DNA from: a virus | Lineage: Duplodnaviria; Caudoviricetes | Direction: 5' to 3' (one strand) | IMG/VR virus record: IMGVR_UViG_3300010429_000387 | Coordinates: 128,001 to 192,000 of that record | Length of the DNA: 64,000 nucleotides | In this document: piece after piece, positions 27,386 to 36,823 of the stretch | How the letters are laid out: every line of letters starts with the position of its first letter | Numbering within the stretch: the stretch's first letter is position 1 | Translations under genes and position numbers: made by a program | Notes under the pieces: generated by a model | What the model saw: only the letters and a program-made list of their open reading frames with translations | Told to the model about the DNA's origin: nothing | The model's database searches: none

Positions 27386-28246
27386 ATGAAAGCTCTTGTG
27401 TTGTCTGGTGGGGGCTCCAAGGGGGCCTATCAAGTGGGTGCCCTCAAGAAGTGGATGTTCGAGGATGGCATCGAGTACGATGCCTTCTGCGGGATCTCTG
27501 TTGGGAGCCTCAATGGGTCATTCTTGGCTCAGTTCCCGGCCGGTGACCCTCAAGGAGCTTGGGAGAAGCTCAAATGGGTGTGGGACCGAGTAGGACCCAA
27601 CAACGTCAAGAAGAGCTGGTGTCCTTTCGGGAAGCTGTCCTCCCTTTGGAAGCCATCTGTCTACAACTCAGAACCCCTACAGAAGTGGGTTCTTTCCGAG
27701 TTGAGTCAAGAGCGGATCTCCAACTCTGGCAAGAAGCTCAGGGTGGTTTCGGTCTCCTGGAACACAGCCAAGTCCCATGTGGCAGACGAGATGGATCCCG
27801 AGATCGCTCTTCGGGTGATTGCCAGCTCATCTTTCCCCGTCATGCTGCTCCCAGCCGAGATAGGTGGGGAACAGTGGACGGATGGGGGACTTCGGAGTGT
27901 AACCCCTCTTGGTGAGGCTATTCGTCTTGGTGCTGATGAGATCGACGTGATCATGTGCTCCAATCCGGAGCTGTTCTCGCCCTTCGACCCGAAGTCGGCA
28001 GCCATTCCAGCGAGGCTGGAGCGAGCCCTGGACATCATCCTCGCTCAGATTGAGGTCTCGGACCTGAAAATCTGTGGGTACAAGAACGACCTTGCCGAAC
28101 TCAAGCCCGAGTACCGGAAGGTCAAGGTCCGGCTTCTCCAGCCCAGCGAGATCCTTCCTGGATCTTCACTCTCCTTCGACCAAGAGACCATTCAACTCAA
28201 GATGCAGAAGGGGTACGAGGACGCCTGCAAGCTGGGCTCCGGTTGA
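27386..28246 (+). CDS. Patatin-like phospholipase
   Basis: ALVLSGGGSKGAYQVG oxyanion motif, GISVG nucleophile, DGG catalytic Asp. Confidence 0.92.
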   Translation: MKALVLSGGGSKGAYQVGALKKWMFEDGIEYDAFCGISVGSLNGSFLAQFPAGDPQGAWEKLKWVWDRVGPNNVKKSWCPFGKLSSLWKPSVYNSEPLQKWVLSELSQERISNSGKKLRVVSVSWNTAKSHVADEMDPEIALRVIASSSFPVMLLPAEIGGEQWTDGGLRSVTPLGEAIRLGADEIDVIMCSNPELFSPFDPKSAAIPARLERALDIILAQIEVSDLKICGYKNDLAELKPEYRKVKVRLLQPSEILPGSSLSFDQETIQLKMQKGYEDACKLGSG

Positions 28247-28301
28247 TCTTCTTATGAACCCTAATCCGTGGAACCCTCTCCCTTTACTAGGAGCACGCTA
28301 G

Positions 28302-29213
28302 ATGCTGAGGCTCACTCACAACCAGACAGTTCAGGGACCTATCATCCTCACCGACATTGATGATGGCCTCCCCAACAAAACGGCAAAGCACGGGACAGGT
28401 GATCCCGACAAGTACCACAGGGATGGCAACTCCCTTGGTGGAGCGGACAAGAGCGTCGAGCCCGACGTGAACTGGCCGAAGCAGAAGTGCTACATCCCCA
28501 AGAGGAAGCTCACCGACTCCACTGTGGCGGGGTACATCGACCTCAAGGAGACCGACCGGGTCCTCATGAGCCAGTACAAGGGGGCCATTGCGGGCTTCCT
28601 GTCTGGTGGCTTCATCACGGTCACCTCCTTCACGGATGCCGATGTGGCTGCTCCTACCGTGACCTCGGCTCAGATCAACAACGTGACCAATGCCCTGAGC
28701 ATTGGTGGGACGAACTTCACCTCGCTCGCCCCCAACGTCTCGAAGGTCGTCATCACCGGAACCGGTGCTGTGACCCTGACCCAGGCGCAGATTCTCACGG
28801 GTGGTGGTACCTTCTCGGCTACGGCCATCGCCATCCCGGCTGCTCTGGTTCCTGGGATCTCGGACACCACCTCCTTCGTCCAGGTCATTGCTGACGACCA
28901 GATCACCCCGGTTCGTGCTTTGGTCGAGGCCCCCGTCATCACGGGAGCTGAGATCGATGTCCCGACTGCTGGTGACCTGACCCTCACGGGAACGGAGTTC
29001 ACCTCCATCTCCCCGACCCTCTCTTCGGTCATCATCACAGGGGACGGTGCTGTGACCCTGACCCAGACTCAGATCACGACGGGTGGCGGAACTGTCTCGA
29101 ACACCTCCATCGTGATCCCGGCAGCCTTGGTCCCAGGTCTCGCAGCAACAACCTCCTCGGCACAGGTTCAGGCAGACACCCTGCTTTCCAATGTGTTCGT
29201 GGTGACAACCTGA
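28302..29213 (+). CDS. Virion protein with two tandem Ig/IPT-like domains
   Basis: Two copies of AP.IT.A.I...L...GT.FTS...VIITG.GAVTLTQ.QI.TGGGT.S...I.IPAALVPG. Confidence 0.7.
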   Translation: MLRLTHNQTVQGPIILTDIDDGLPNKTAKHGTGDPDKYHRDGNSLGGADKSVEPDVNWPKQKCYIPKRKLTDSTVAGYIDLKETDRVLMSQYKGAIAGFLSGGFITVTSFTDADVAAPTVTSAQINNVTNALSIGGTNFTSLAPNVSKVVITGTGAVTLTQAQILTGGGTFSATAIAIPAALVPGISDTTSFVQVIADDQITPVRALVEAPVITGAEIDVPTAGDLTLTGTEFTSISPTLSSVIITGDGAVTLTQTQITTGGGTVSNTSIVIPAALVPGLAATTSSAQVQADTLLSNVFVVTT

Positions 29214-29214
29214 G

Positions 29215-29589
29215 ATGAAACAGGCGCCTTCCCTTCTCGGGCTTCTGGATGCTGAGGCTGGTTCATTCCAGAGGCTCGATAATACCTGGCGCCCTAAGGA
29301 TCTCTTTTTCGAGTTGCAGACTCAAGAGTTGTTGAGGGACATGGTCCACCGATACGAGGCACTGAAGGCTTCAGAGGGAGAGTTCCAAGGACTCGACCGG
29401 GCGGACCTGTACCTCAAGCTCACACGTCGCATGAGCTTCATCATACGGCGTGCAAAGTTTGTCCGCCGGGCCAATCAGCTTGCCTTCGGCCAGGCGGTGG
29501 CGGAGTTCTACACAGCCTACGGTCAAGTGCTCCGCTATCTCAGGATCGATCAAGCGAGGGGCCGTCTACAGCAGCCACAGCCCATCTAG
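29215..29589 (+). CDS. Hypothetical helical protein
   Basis: 124-aa ORF filling the gap between two paralogs. Confidence 0.55.
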   Translation: MKQAPSLLGLLDAEAGSFQRLDNTWRPKDLFFELQTQELLRDMVHRYEALKASEGEFQGLDRADLYLKLTRRMSFIIRRAKFVRRANQLAFGQAVAEFYTAYGQVLRYLRIDQARGRLQQPQPI

Positions 29590-29606
29590 GTTCAGGAGGA
29601 CATCAC

Positions 29607-30365
29607 ATGTTCGTCGCAGTCATTCGTGGAGATATCTCAAAGCCGCTCTTCATCGCTGATGTGGAGCCCAAGTCCACTGCCAATCCGTCCACAGAGTCCC
29701 CTCTCGGGCAGTCACGGTACATCTCCCGTCCTGACCCGACGAAGATTCAGGCTTACCTGGACGGACAGAGCCTTGTGGCAACGGCCTCAGCTCTCATCAC
29801 GGCCACTGTTCCCGTCGGGGGTCCGGTGGACATCTCGCCCACAACCATCAAGGCCGTTGGGAGCCTTTCTGGATCCAGCAACGCCCAGGTTGCGGCTCTC
29901 CAGGCTCTCCTGGCAGCCAAGTTCGTCGAGACCGATGTGGTCAAGAAGAGCTTCCTCTACGGCAACCTTGCAGGGTACCGTTCGGCCAGCTTCAATCCGG
30001 ATACACGTCGGGTTCCGCCCCTTTCCAATGGGGCCGCCATCGCCCTCGTTCAGGATGATGGGGTCACGGCCTTCACAGTTGGGGTCCCGACCATCTCGAC
30101 GGCAGACCTGGACACCCCCACCACGGGAGCCCTTCGCATCACGGGCACCAGCTTCGGGGCTACGGGGCTCTACGAGTTGACGGTCATCCTGGTTGGCACC
30201 GGAGCCAAGAAGCTCACCAAGTCCGCCATCTTGGCGGGAGGCGGGTCCGTGACGGCCACCCAGATCGACATTCCAGCAGCCCTCATCCCAGGAGTCCTCA
30301 CGGGGTACACCTCGGCCAGGGTTCGGGTGAACGACCTGCTCTCGAATGCAGTGGCGCTCAACTGA
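29607..30365 (+). CDS. Virion protein, paralog of 28302 with one Ig-like domain
   Basis: PTISTADLD.PT.G.L.ITGT.F...ILAGGGSV.ATQI.IPAALIPG matches the 28302 repeat; AGGAGG RBS. Confidence 0.7.
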   Translation: MFVAVIRGDISKPLFIADVEPKSTANPSTESPLGQSRYISRPDPTKIQAYLDGQSLVATASALITATVPVGGPVDISPTTIKAVGSLSGSSNAQVAALQALLAAKFVETDVVKKSFLYGNLAGYRSASFNPDTRRVPPLSNGAAIALVQDDGVTAFTVGVPTISTADLDTPTTGALRITGTSFGATGLYELTVILVGTGAKKLTKSAILAGGGSVTATQIDIPAALIPGVLTGYTSARVRVNDLLSNAVALN

Positions 30366-30384
30366 TCTGTGAGTTCAACAAGCT

Positions 30385-30408
30385 CGGCCCCCGGTTTTCC
30401 GGGGGCCG
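30385..30408 (+). other. GC hairpin followed by AGAT element
   Basis: CGGCCCCCGG-TTTT-CCGGGGGCCG then CATAGATGTA. Confidence 0.65.
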
Positions 30409-30477
30409 CATAGATGTATAACGGGACCCAAATCACATCTCTTGACCGAGATAGACCCAGATTTAGATGAGGCTGAA

Positions 30478-30732
30478 ATGTCAAAGGGAAACGGCGCCAA
30501 GGAGTTCCGCACCCCAGACCTGTACTTCGCTGCTTATTTGCAGACAGCAGGTGTGGAGATGAAGCGGACAGATCGAGAAAACAACCGAGTTTACTTCGTG
30601 TTCGATACCTCAATCGCCAACGTTGAGGAGCTGAAGACGGGATGGTTCAACAACACCAGCAAGGTACCCGCTCAGCCGTATGCGAACAACATCAAGAGCT
30701 TAAAATCTGTCTGCCATATGCAAGGCTCTTGA
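30478..30732 (+). CDS. Small putative nucleic-acid-binding protein (DUF5659-like)
   Basis: FRTPDLYFAAYL...RVYFVF motif; GAGG RBS before 30478. Confidence 0.65.
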   Translation: MSKGNGAKEFRTPDLYFAAYLQTAGVEMKRTDRENNRVYFVFDTSIANVEELKTGWFNNTSKVPAQPYANNIKSLKSVCHMQGS

Positions 30733-30860
30733 CTGAGGCTCGGACTCGGATACGCAGGGCACCCCTACGGAACCCCGTTTCTTTGATTCGGGTCCGCTAG
30801 GATAGGTGCCCTTGATGACTGTCCACTGCCCCACAATGTTGCGGCTAACCCGGAGGGGCC

Positions 30861-33116
30861 ATGGCGTTCACGGGTAAGCTAGGAACGGACCAAAGCCAGC
30901 TTGGAAACTTCCTGCTGGGCTCAGAGGGAAGCGGAGGAGGTGGGACTGCCATTGCAGTTGACGCCTCCCTCTCTGGTTCTTCCTCTGTCACGGTTGAGCT
31001 GACCTCGATAGTTCGGGTCGATGCTACGCTCCCAGGCGAGGCTTCGATCACTCCTGAGGCAGTGGTCGTCTATGCCCTTGCCACTACGCTCCCAGGGGAG
31101 GCTTCGGTCACCTCTGACGTGGTGCTGGTTTTTGCAGGGGTTGCTACGCTCCCAGGGGAGGCTTCCACCACTTTCGATATGGGAGTGGTCTTGGATGAGT
31201 CGGCCACCCTAGCTGGGGGGTCCACTCTATCCTCTGAGCTTTCCAATGTGGTGGTGTTGGACTCCACTCTGAGTGGGAGTTCGGACCTAGCTGCCCCTAG
31301 GTTGACTGACGAGTTGAGCGCCAACCTGTCTGGTGATTCTTCCGTCACCTCAGACCCGGTGTTCCTGTTTGCCCTGGATGTTTCCCTACCAGGAGAGTCC
31401 ACCCTCGCATCTGACCTGGCTGTGGTGTTGGCTGGGTCTTTAGCCTTACTCGGGGAGGCTAGTACCTCCTTTGACTTCGGTCTCATCCTAAGTGGGGAGG
31501 CGACCCTAACTGGCGACTCCTCTCTTTCCGGGACCCCCTCTTCCTCTATAGTTGTGGATGCCACGCTAGGAGGCGACTCCAGCTTTAGCCCACCACAGTT
31601 GACCGATGAGATCGGTGCGATCCTGAATGGTGGCTCTAGTCTTGATTCAGACTTTGGGCTGTCCTTGTCCCTTGAGGTTACTCTTGAAGGGTCCTCCAGC
31701 TTCAGCCCGGCCAACCTGGTGGATGAGCTGGCACTTGACCTCAGTGGAGAGGCGACACTATCAGCCCCACGTCTGACCGATGAGATCGTCTCCAACCTCA
31801 ATGGTGAGTCCACTCTTGAAGCCCCTCAACTGACCGATGAGCTGACTGCTAGCCTGTCTTCGAGTTCGAGTGGGACCTTTGATGCCACGGTTGTGTATGG
31901 GGTTGGTCTCGACCTTCTGTCTGAGTCCACCTTCATACCGGTTCTACAGGCCGTCTACAACCTCACTCGGGACATCACAGGGAACTCTAACCTTGGTGCT
32001 CAGCTAGCCTACCTTCTCACGATAGAGCTAGCTGGAAGTTCAACCCTCATCCCTCAACTGACCGATGAGATCACCGCTTCCCTTGCTGGGGACTCCACCT
32101 GTGATGCGGTCAAGCTCATCGACAACATCACCGCTTCCCTTTCTGGGGAGTCCTCTATTGACGCAACGATAGAGAAGAGTGGTCAGATCATTGCCTCACT
32201 GGCAGGGTCTTCGTCGATAGCAGCGGAACTTGATGCTCAAACCGGGGCTAGTTGCACCTTCAACGGGGACTCGTCTGTTTCCGCGACCCTCTTGAAAGTC
32301 CAGGTTCTCGATGCAACCCTTGCTGGAACGTCTACCTTCTCCTCAACCGAGCTTCTTGCCCTCCGGCCACTAGAAAGCTCGTTGGTAGGGGACTCAAACC
32401 TCACAGCTTCGGTTGTCAGGAAGTTCACAACCTTCTCGGTCCTTACCGGTATTGCGGACATCGTCTCGACCCCAAGGGTTGACTTTTCGGTCAATGCAAC
32501 CCTTGCAGGGAACTCTTCAGTTGGAGCTGGGTCTCGGGTTGTGGGGAGCATGACCGCTAGCCTAGCGGGAAGCTCAACCCTGGTAATCCCCTACCTGATC
32601 GACCAGAACAACTTTGACCCCTTGCACCTACAGGGTTCTTCCACTCTCGCTTCAGAGCTTTCGACTCGGGTCTCTGTGGATGCAGCTTTGGGGGCAGATT
32701 CCTCTGTGGAATCGGAAACCTCAGTCGTTCTGGCTCTGGAGGCTACCCTATCTGGGGACTCGACTTCGGAAGCCTCCCTGACGGCACTCTACCCTGTCGA
32801 GGCTAGTTTGGGTGGGGACTCGGAGATGACCACCGACCTGGCGACCCTGATCGAAGCTCAGATGGCTGGCGACTCTGACTTCGTTTTGGAGGACTTCGTT
32901 CGTGTTCGGTACTTGGACGTTGTGATTCAGGGCTATGCCGCCATGGACCTGGAGCTTTCCTGGCAGGGGCACCCTGGACCGCCACCTCTACAGCCCACGG
33001 TCAACTCGGCTGTCACCCTCCAAAAATTCATTGATGCCACTGGCGTAGCAAGGGAGGCATCACGGACCCCCACACCAGATCACCTCACCGTGGTTGTGAA
33101 CCCACGCCACCTATGA
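30861..33116 (+). CDS. Acidic repetitive virion protein (L-x-G-x-S repeats)
   Basis: About 30 repeats of roughly 20 aa each carrying L(S/A/P)G(D/E/S)S; GGAGG RBS. Confidence 0.75.
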   Translation: MAFTGKLGTDQSQLGNFLLGSEGSGGGGTAIAVDASLSGSSSVTVELTSIVRVDATLPGEASITPEAVVVYALATTLPGEASVTSDVVLVFAGVATLPGEASTTFDMGVVLDESATLAGGSTLSSELSNVVVLDSTLSGSSDLAAPRLTDELSANLSGDSSVTSDPVFLFALDVSLPGESTLASDLAVVLAGSLALLGEASTSFDFGLILSGEATLTGDSSLSGTPSSSIVVDATLGGDSSFSPPQLTDEIGAILNGGSSLDSDFGLSLSLEVTLEGSSSFSPANLVDELALDLSGEATLSAPRLTDEIVSNLNGESTLEAPQLTDELTASLSSSSSGTFDATVVYGVGLDLLSESTFIPVLQAVYNLTRDITGNSNLGAQLAYLLTIELAGSSTLIPQLTDEITASLAGDSTCDAVKLIDNITASLSGESSIDATIEKSGQIIASLAGSSSIAAELDAQTGASCTFNGDSSVSATLLKVQVLDATLAGTSTFSSTELLALRPLESSLVGDSNLTASVVRKFTTFSVLTGIADIVSTPRVDFSVNATLAGNSSVGAGSRVVGSMTASLAGSSTLVIPYLIDQNNFDPLHLQGSSTLASELSTRVSVDAALGADSSVESETSVVLALEATLSGDSTSEASLTALYPVEASLGGDSEMTTDLATLIEAQMAGDSDFVLEDFVRVRYLDVVIQGYAAMDLELSWQGHPGPPPLQPTVNSAVTLQKFIDATGVAREASRTPTPDHLTVVVNPRHL

Positions 33117-33134
33117 GAGGGCTGAGGACCTAGC

Positions 33135-33647
33135 ATGGCTGAAATCATCTACAACCTCGGACCTCCGTATGAGAATGACTGGACAGACCCGTTCGAGGGT
33201 GGTTCGGATCTTGGCGCAGACCCGTCTTTGGTCATCGACCCTACCGAGGGGTCATTTCTGCTCGATGGTGAAGCTGACGTGGGTGCAGAGCCCACTGTGC
33301 TGTTCTCTCTCGAAGCCTCACTATCTGGGGGGTCAGATATTGGTGGGTCTCTGATTCCACTGTTTGACCTTGACTTCTCGGTGGTTGGAGAGTCCTTCCT
33401 CGTAGCAAACGGGTCCTTCCTCTTGGGAGTCTCTTCAAGTCTGTCAGAAGAGTCCCATTTGCTGGGGGATATCTCTTGGTGGGCGGCTCCTGGGGCACCC
33501 CCTAAGAGGCCCTCATCCAACTCGGCTGCGACCCTCCAACAATTCATTGATGCGACTGGTGTTGGCAGGTCCGCACCAAGGACGGCTCCGACACATTCTG
33601 TGGTGGTTGACCCCAATCCTCCGAGGAAGCCTCAAAGCCCACGGTAA
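33135..33647 (+). CDS. Short paralog of 30861 with shared C-terminal motif
   Basis: L-x-G-x-S repeats plus NSAATLQQFIDATGV. Confidence 0.7.
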   Translation: MAEIIYNLGPPYENDWTDPFEGGSDLGADPSLVIDPTEGSFLLDGEADVGAEPTVLFSLEASLSGGSDIGGSLIPLFDLDFSVVGESFLVANGSFLLGVSSSLSEESHLLGDISWWAAPGAPPKRPSSNSAATLQQFIDATGVGRSAPRTAPTHSVVVDPNPPRKPQSPR

Positions 33648-33668
33648 CTAGGAGAGCAGGAGATAACA

Positions 33669-34067
33669 ATGGCTGCGAAGACAACGTACATCAAGAACCG
33701 ATCCCTCGACCGCATTCTCAAGAACAATGCTGACTTCAGCTACACCTTCCCAGCGACGGTGTATGCAGCTCTGTTCACGGCTGACCCGACCGACTCGGGA
33801 TCCTTGACGAATGAAGTCACGGGCGGGTCCTACGCTCGTCAGTCCATCACCTGGGGGACCATCTCCAACGGGTCCATTGCCAACTCGGCAGCAGTGACCT
33901 TCCCGGTCGCCACGGCTTCCTGGGGTACGATCACCCATGTAGGCATCTGTGACCTCGGTTCGGCCGGGAACATGATGTATCACGGAGCCTTGGGAACCTC
34001 CAAGACCGTTGGCACGGGCGACCAGGTGTCGTTTGCCATCGGAGCCCTCACGGTTTCTGAGACCTGA
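33669..34067 (+). CDS. Conserved small virion/minor tail protein (mycobacteriophage Gp80-like)
   Basis: ALFTADP...NEV.GGSYARQ...FP.ATASWGTITHVGI.D...GN...G.L...KTV..GD signature. Confidence 0.75.
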   Translation: MAAKTTYIKNRSLDRILKNNADFSYTFPATVYAALFTADPTDSGSLTNEVTGGSYARQSITWGTISNGSIANSAAVTFPVATASWGTITHVGICDLGSAGNMMYHGALGTSKTVGTGDQVSFAIGALTVSET

Positions 34068-34087
34068 TCTTCTTCGAGGAGTAGCGG

Positions 34088-34741
34088 GTGGACATCGACC
34101 TTGATACCAGTTTGTCTGGAGCCTCCTCAGTTTCGGCTGAGGCTTGGTTGGCGCTACCCCTTACCCTACCTCTCGATGGAGATTCAACTACCGGGGCTGA
34201 TGCCGACGTGATCTGGACGGTCACGTCGGCATTCTTGGCGGGCTCCTCCATCAGCGGAGACCTGACTGCTTCATTTAGGGCGATCTTCTCTGCCCCAGGT
34301 GAAGCTCAACTTGGTGCCAACCTCACCCTGATCCCAGGGTATCAGGCCCCGATCAGGTACCAACCCCCATGCCGTACTTCCCCGACGGGGAAGATGATCC
34401 TTGAGCAAGTAGACTTTTTCCTGGTGGACGGCAGAACCAGGGCACAGGGGCTTGTCCCAGGGGACCTCCAACTGAAGGTATTCTTGAATGATGCCCAGGT
34501 GGACTGGCCCCTTGTCTCTGGGGCTGGGATTCAGAACGTTCGGGTGACTGCTGGGAGGGTCTACTGGACTGAGTTCTCTTCGGGGTACTACAGCATCCGG
34601 TTCTACCCCAACATGGCTGGGACCTGGAGGGTGATCGTCACTTACCCCGATCAGGACCAGGCTATCTCCCTTTCCTATGACGTTGCACCCCAGTATGCAC
34701 CTCCACCTTCAGGGATGAGGGCGTCCCTGCTACGAAGGTAG
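34088..34741 (+). CDS. Virion protein: L-x-G-x-S repeats plus Ig-like domain A
   Basis: N-terminal repeats as in 30861; C-terminal domain similar to 34783. Confidence 0.7.
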   Translation: MDIDLDTSLSGASSVSAEAWLALPLTLPLDGDSTTGADADVIWTVTSAFLAGSSISGDLTASFRAIFSAPGEAQLGANLTLIPGYQAPIRYQPPCRTSPTGKMILEQVDFFLVDGRTRAQGLVPGDLQLKVFLNDAQVDWPLVSGAGIQNVRVTAGRVYWTEFSSGYYSIRFYPNMAGTWRVIVTYPDQDQAISLSYDVAPQYAPPPSGMRASLLRR

Positions 34742-34782
34742 TGGGACGCCCCAGAAACCTCTTGTAGGGGGCGTGGGAAGAG

Positions 34783-35193
34783 ATGCCCACGACACGAGGT
34801 CGGCTTGTCTACAACAACTTGGTCGTCTATGACCAAGCCGACTTTTTTCAGCTAGACGGCTACACTAGAGTACCGGGACTTACCCCGTCGCAACTAGTGT
34901 GCCAGGTCTACCACAACAACGTGCTCTTGGCGTGGCCCCTCATATCTGGGGCCGGTCTGATTGAAAACCAGATCACTGCTGGGCACGTTTACTGGGATGA
35001 CCTGTCGAGTGGCTATGGAGTCAGGTGGCGCCCAAACGCTTTGGGTTACTGGCGCATTCTCATCACCTATCCAGTCGGGTCCCAGATCCTCGGGCAAGAC
35101 TACGATGTGAGTTCTGGAACCGGGGTTCTCCCTCCTGGTGGGGGCCTGAAGGCTTCATTTGTGGGACCTGGAGGTAAGCCCAATGATTGTTAA
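34783..35193 (+). CDS. Stand-alone Ig-like domain A virion protein
   Basis: DFF.LDG.TR..GL...WPL.SGAG...TAG.VYW...SSG...R..PN..G.WR...TYP shared with 34088. Confidence 0.7.
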   Translation: MPTTRGRLVYNNLVVYDQADFFQLDGYTRVPGLTPSQLVCQVYHNNVLLAWPLISGAGLIENQITAGHVYWDDLSSGYGVRWRPNALGYWRILITYPVGSQILGQDYDVSSGTGVLPPGGGLKASFVGPGGKPNDC

Positions 35194-35632
35194 AGCCAGC
35201 CCAGGCGTCTTCCGATACGGTCAGCTCTTTCAACGAGGGGACCTTCCCATCTTCATCACCGACACGGTTGGGAGCCCTTTCGACCCCTACAGCATTCGGT
35301 ACACACTCCTTTATCAGCCGAAGGATGCCCAATGCCTGGTCAAGGCTGGAGCATGTGGTCGGACCCCGGTCAAGGCAGACACGGGTGAATACTACGCAAC
35401 GGGCTATGCTGGTGAGTGCGGGCAGCCGGGCCAGTGGTTCGTTCGGTGGTGCATCCAGGAATACTTCGAGGGACCTCTGACGACCCAGGAGTTTGGGTTC
35501 TCGGTCTATGATACGGCAGCCTTCTGTGCCCCCAATGGGGGGCTACCTGCACAGCCTTCTGGCTGTGGGGGGAGAAGGCACGGGTGGAACTGTGGTGGTG
35601 GCTGCTCCGGCTGCTCCCAGGGAGGCTGGTGA
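35183..35632 (+). CDS. Ig-like domain B protein with Cys/Gly-rich tail
   Basis: GGAGGT RBS before 35183; similar to the N-terminus of 35636. Confidence 0.65.
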   Translation: MIVKASPGVFRYGQLFQRGDLPIFITDTVGSPFDPYSIRYTLLYQPKDAQCLVKAGACGRTPVKADTGEYYATGYAGECGQPGQWFVRWCIQEYFEGPLTTQEFGFSVYDTAAFCAPNGGLPAQPSGCGGRRHGWNCGGGCSGCSQGGW

Positions 35633-35635
35633 GTC

Positions 35636-36526
35636 ATGGGAGTTTCATTCCTTCGGGGGCAACAACTTGGTCGGAACGACCTCAACATCTTCCTCACCAA
35701 TGCCTCTGGGCACCCCACCAATGCGGCAGAGATCACCTACTCGCTCTACGACTACACGACGGGCATGGAGGTCCTGGTAGGCCCCCAGAGACGAGTACCG
35801 GCCAATGCTGCTGTGGGTGAATACTTTGCCTCGGTCATCATCCCCACGGATGCCAACATCGGGGGGTACCGTATCCGGTGGACCATGCGGGAGATGGTCG
35901 GGGGACCCCTTCAAACGGTAATCCAGGAGTTCGACGTTCGGGACAGGGAGACCAAGAACCCTGTAATCTACACTCCCATTGAAACTGACCTGATGAGACG
36001 GCTCAGGATCCTCCTGAGGGACCAGAACCCGGATAGGAACTACAAGTTTCGCCCCCCAGCACATGAAGAAACTGTTGACCAGTTCAGCAGAGTCTTCGGG
36101 TACATCTGGGAGGAGGAGGAGCTGCTGGAGTACCTTGAGCGTGGGATGGACATGGTGGTTGCGGCCCCACCTAGGACCCCCTTCAGCAGCTTGGACCAGA
36201 TGGTCCAGACTCGACACGAGTGGACGACGCTTCTCCTCACCGGGGCCATGTACTGGGCACTTCAGGCGCTCCAGATCAACTGGACCGCTGATGAGTTCGA
36301 CTATTCTATCGGTGGGGTCTCCCTCACTCTTGAGAAGTCCAGCAAGTATGAGTCTCTGAAGCAGGGAGCCAGCGACCAGTTCGACAAGATGCTGGAGAAG
36401 GCCAAGGCGACCGTCAAGGTCATCAAGGGTTTGCAGCAGCCGAAGTACGGGGCTGGTATTCGTTCCAGCTTCGGACCCTACGTTGGCAGAGGGGTACTTG
36501 CCCCGAGCAAGTTCCTCGGTGTCTAG
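35636..36526 (+). CDS. Putative head-tail adaptor (neck) protein with N-terminal Ig-like domain
   Basis: Helical domain LRILLRD...WEEEELLEYL...FDYSIGGVSLTL typical of adaptor proteins; gene position. Confidence 0.6.
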   Translation: MGVSFLRGQQLGRNDLNIFLTNASGHPTNAAEITYSLYDYTTGMEVLVGPQRRVPANAAVGEYFASVIIPTDANIGGYRIRWTMREMVGGPLQTVIQEFDVRDRETKNPVIYTPIETDLMRRLRILLRDQNPDRNYKFRPPAHEETVDQFSRVFGYIWEEEELLEYLERGMDMVVAAPPRTPFSSLDQMVQTRHEWTTLLLTGAMYWALQALQINWTADEFDYSIGGVSLTLEKSSKYESLKQGASDQFDKMLEKAKATVKVIKGLQQPKYGAGIRSSFGPYVGRGVLAPSKFLGV

Positions 36527-36535
36527 TAGCCAGGC

Positions 36536-36751
36536 ATGTTCGGTGTACCCTTTGACTGCAACGAGCCCCTCTCCCCTGAGGACTTTGGGAGATGCCTTAC
36601 CGCTATCAACGAGGGGACCAGATCCCTTGCTCTCAAGGGGGCAAAGCTGCTACGACTCCGATATGAAAAGGGAACCCTCTACTTGATCCCAGACCAGGGA
36701 GCCGAACTTGCGTATCTTCTCAAGAGAGGTTGCCCAGGCTGCCCGGATTGA
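36536..36751 (+). CDS. Small hypothetical protein (C-terminal CPGC)
   Basis: 71-aa ORF filling the intergenic gap. Confidence 0.45.
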   Translation: MFGVPFDCNEPLSPEDFGRCLTAINEGTRSLALKGAKLLRLRYEKGTLYLIPDQGAELAYLLKRGCPGCPD

Positions 36752-36823
36752 TCCGAGGATCTTCTTATCTATCAGTGCTAATGCCGCTAGGCACACCGTA
36801 AACCAATCCTGGAGACAGATCAA

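Noticed and set aside
33003-33570. DGR template/variable repeat pair
   Set aside because: Differences are not adenine-specific, both copies are coding, and no reverse transcriptase is present in the window
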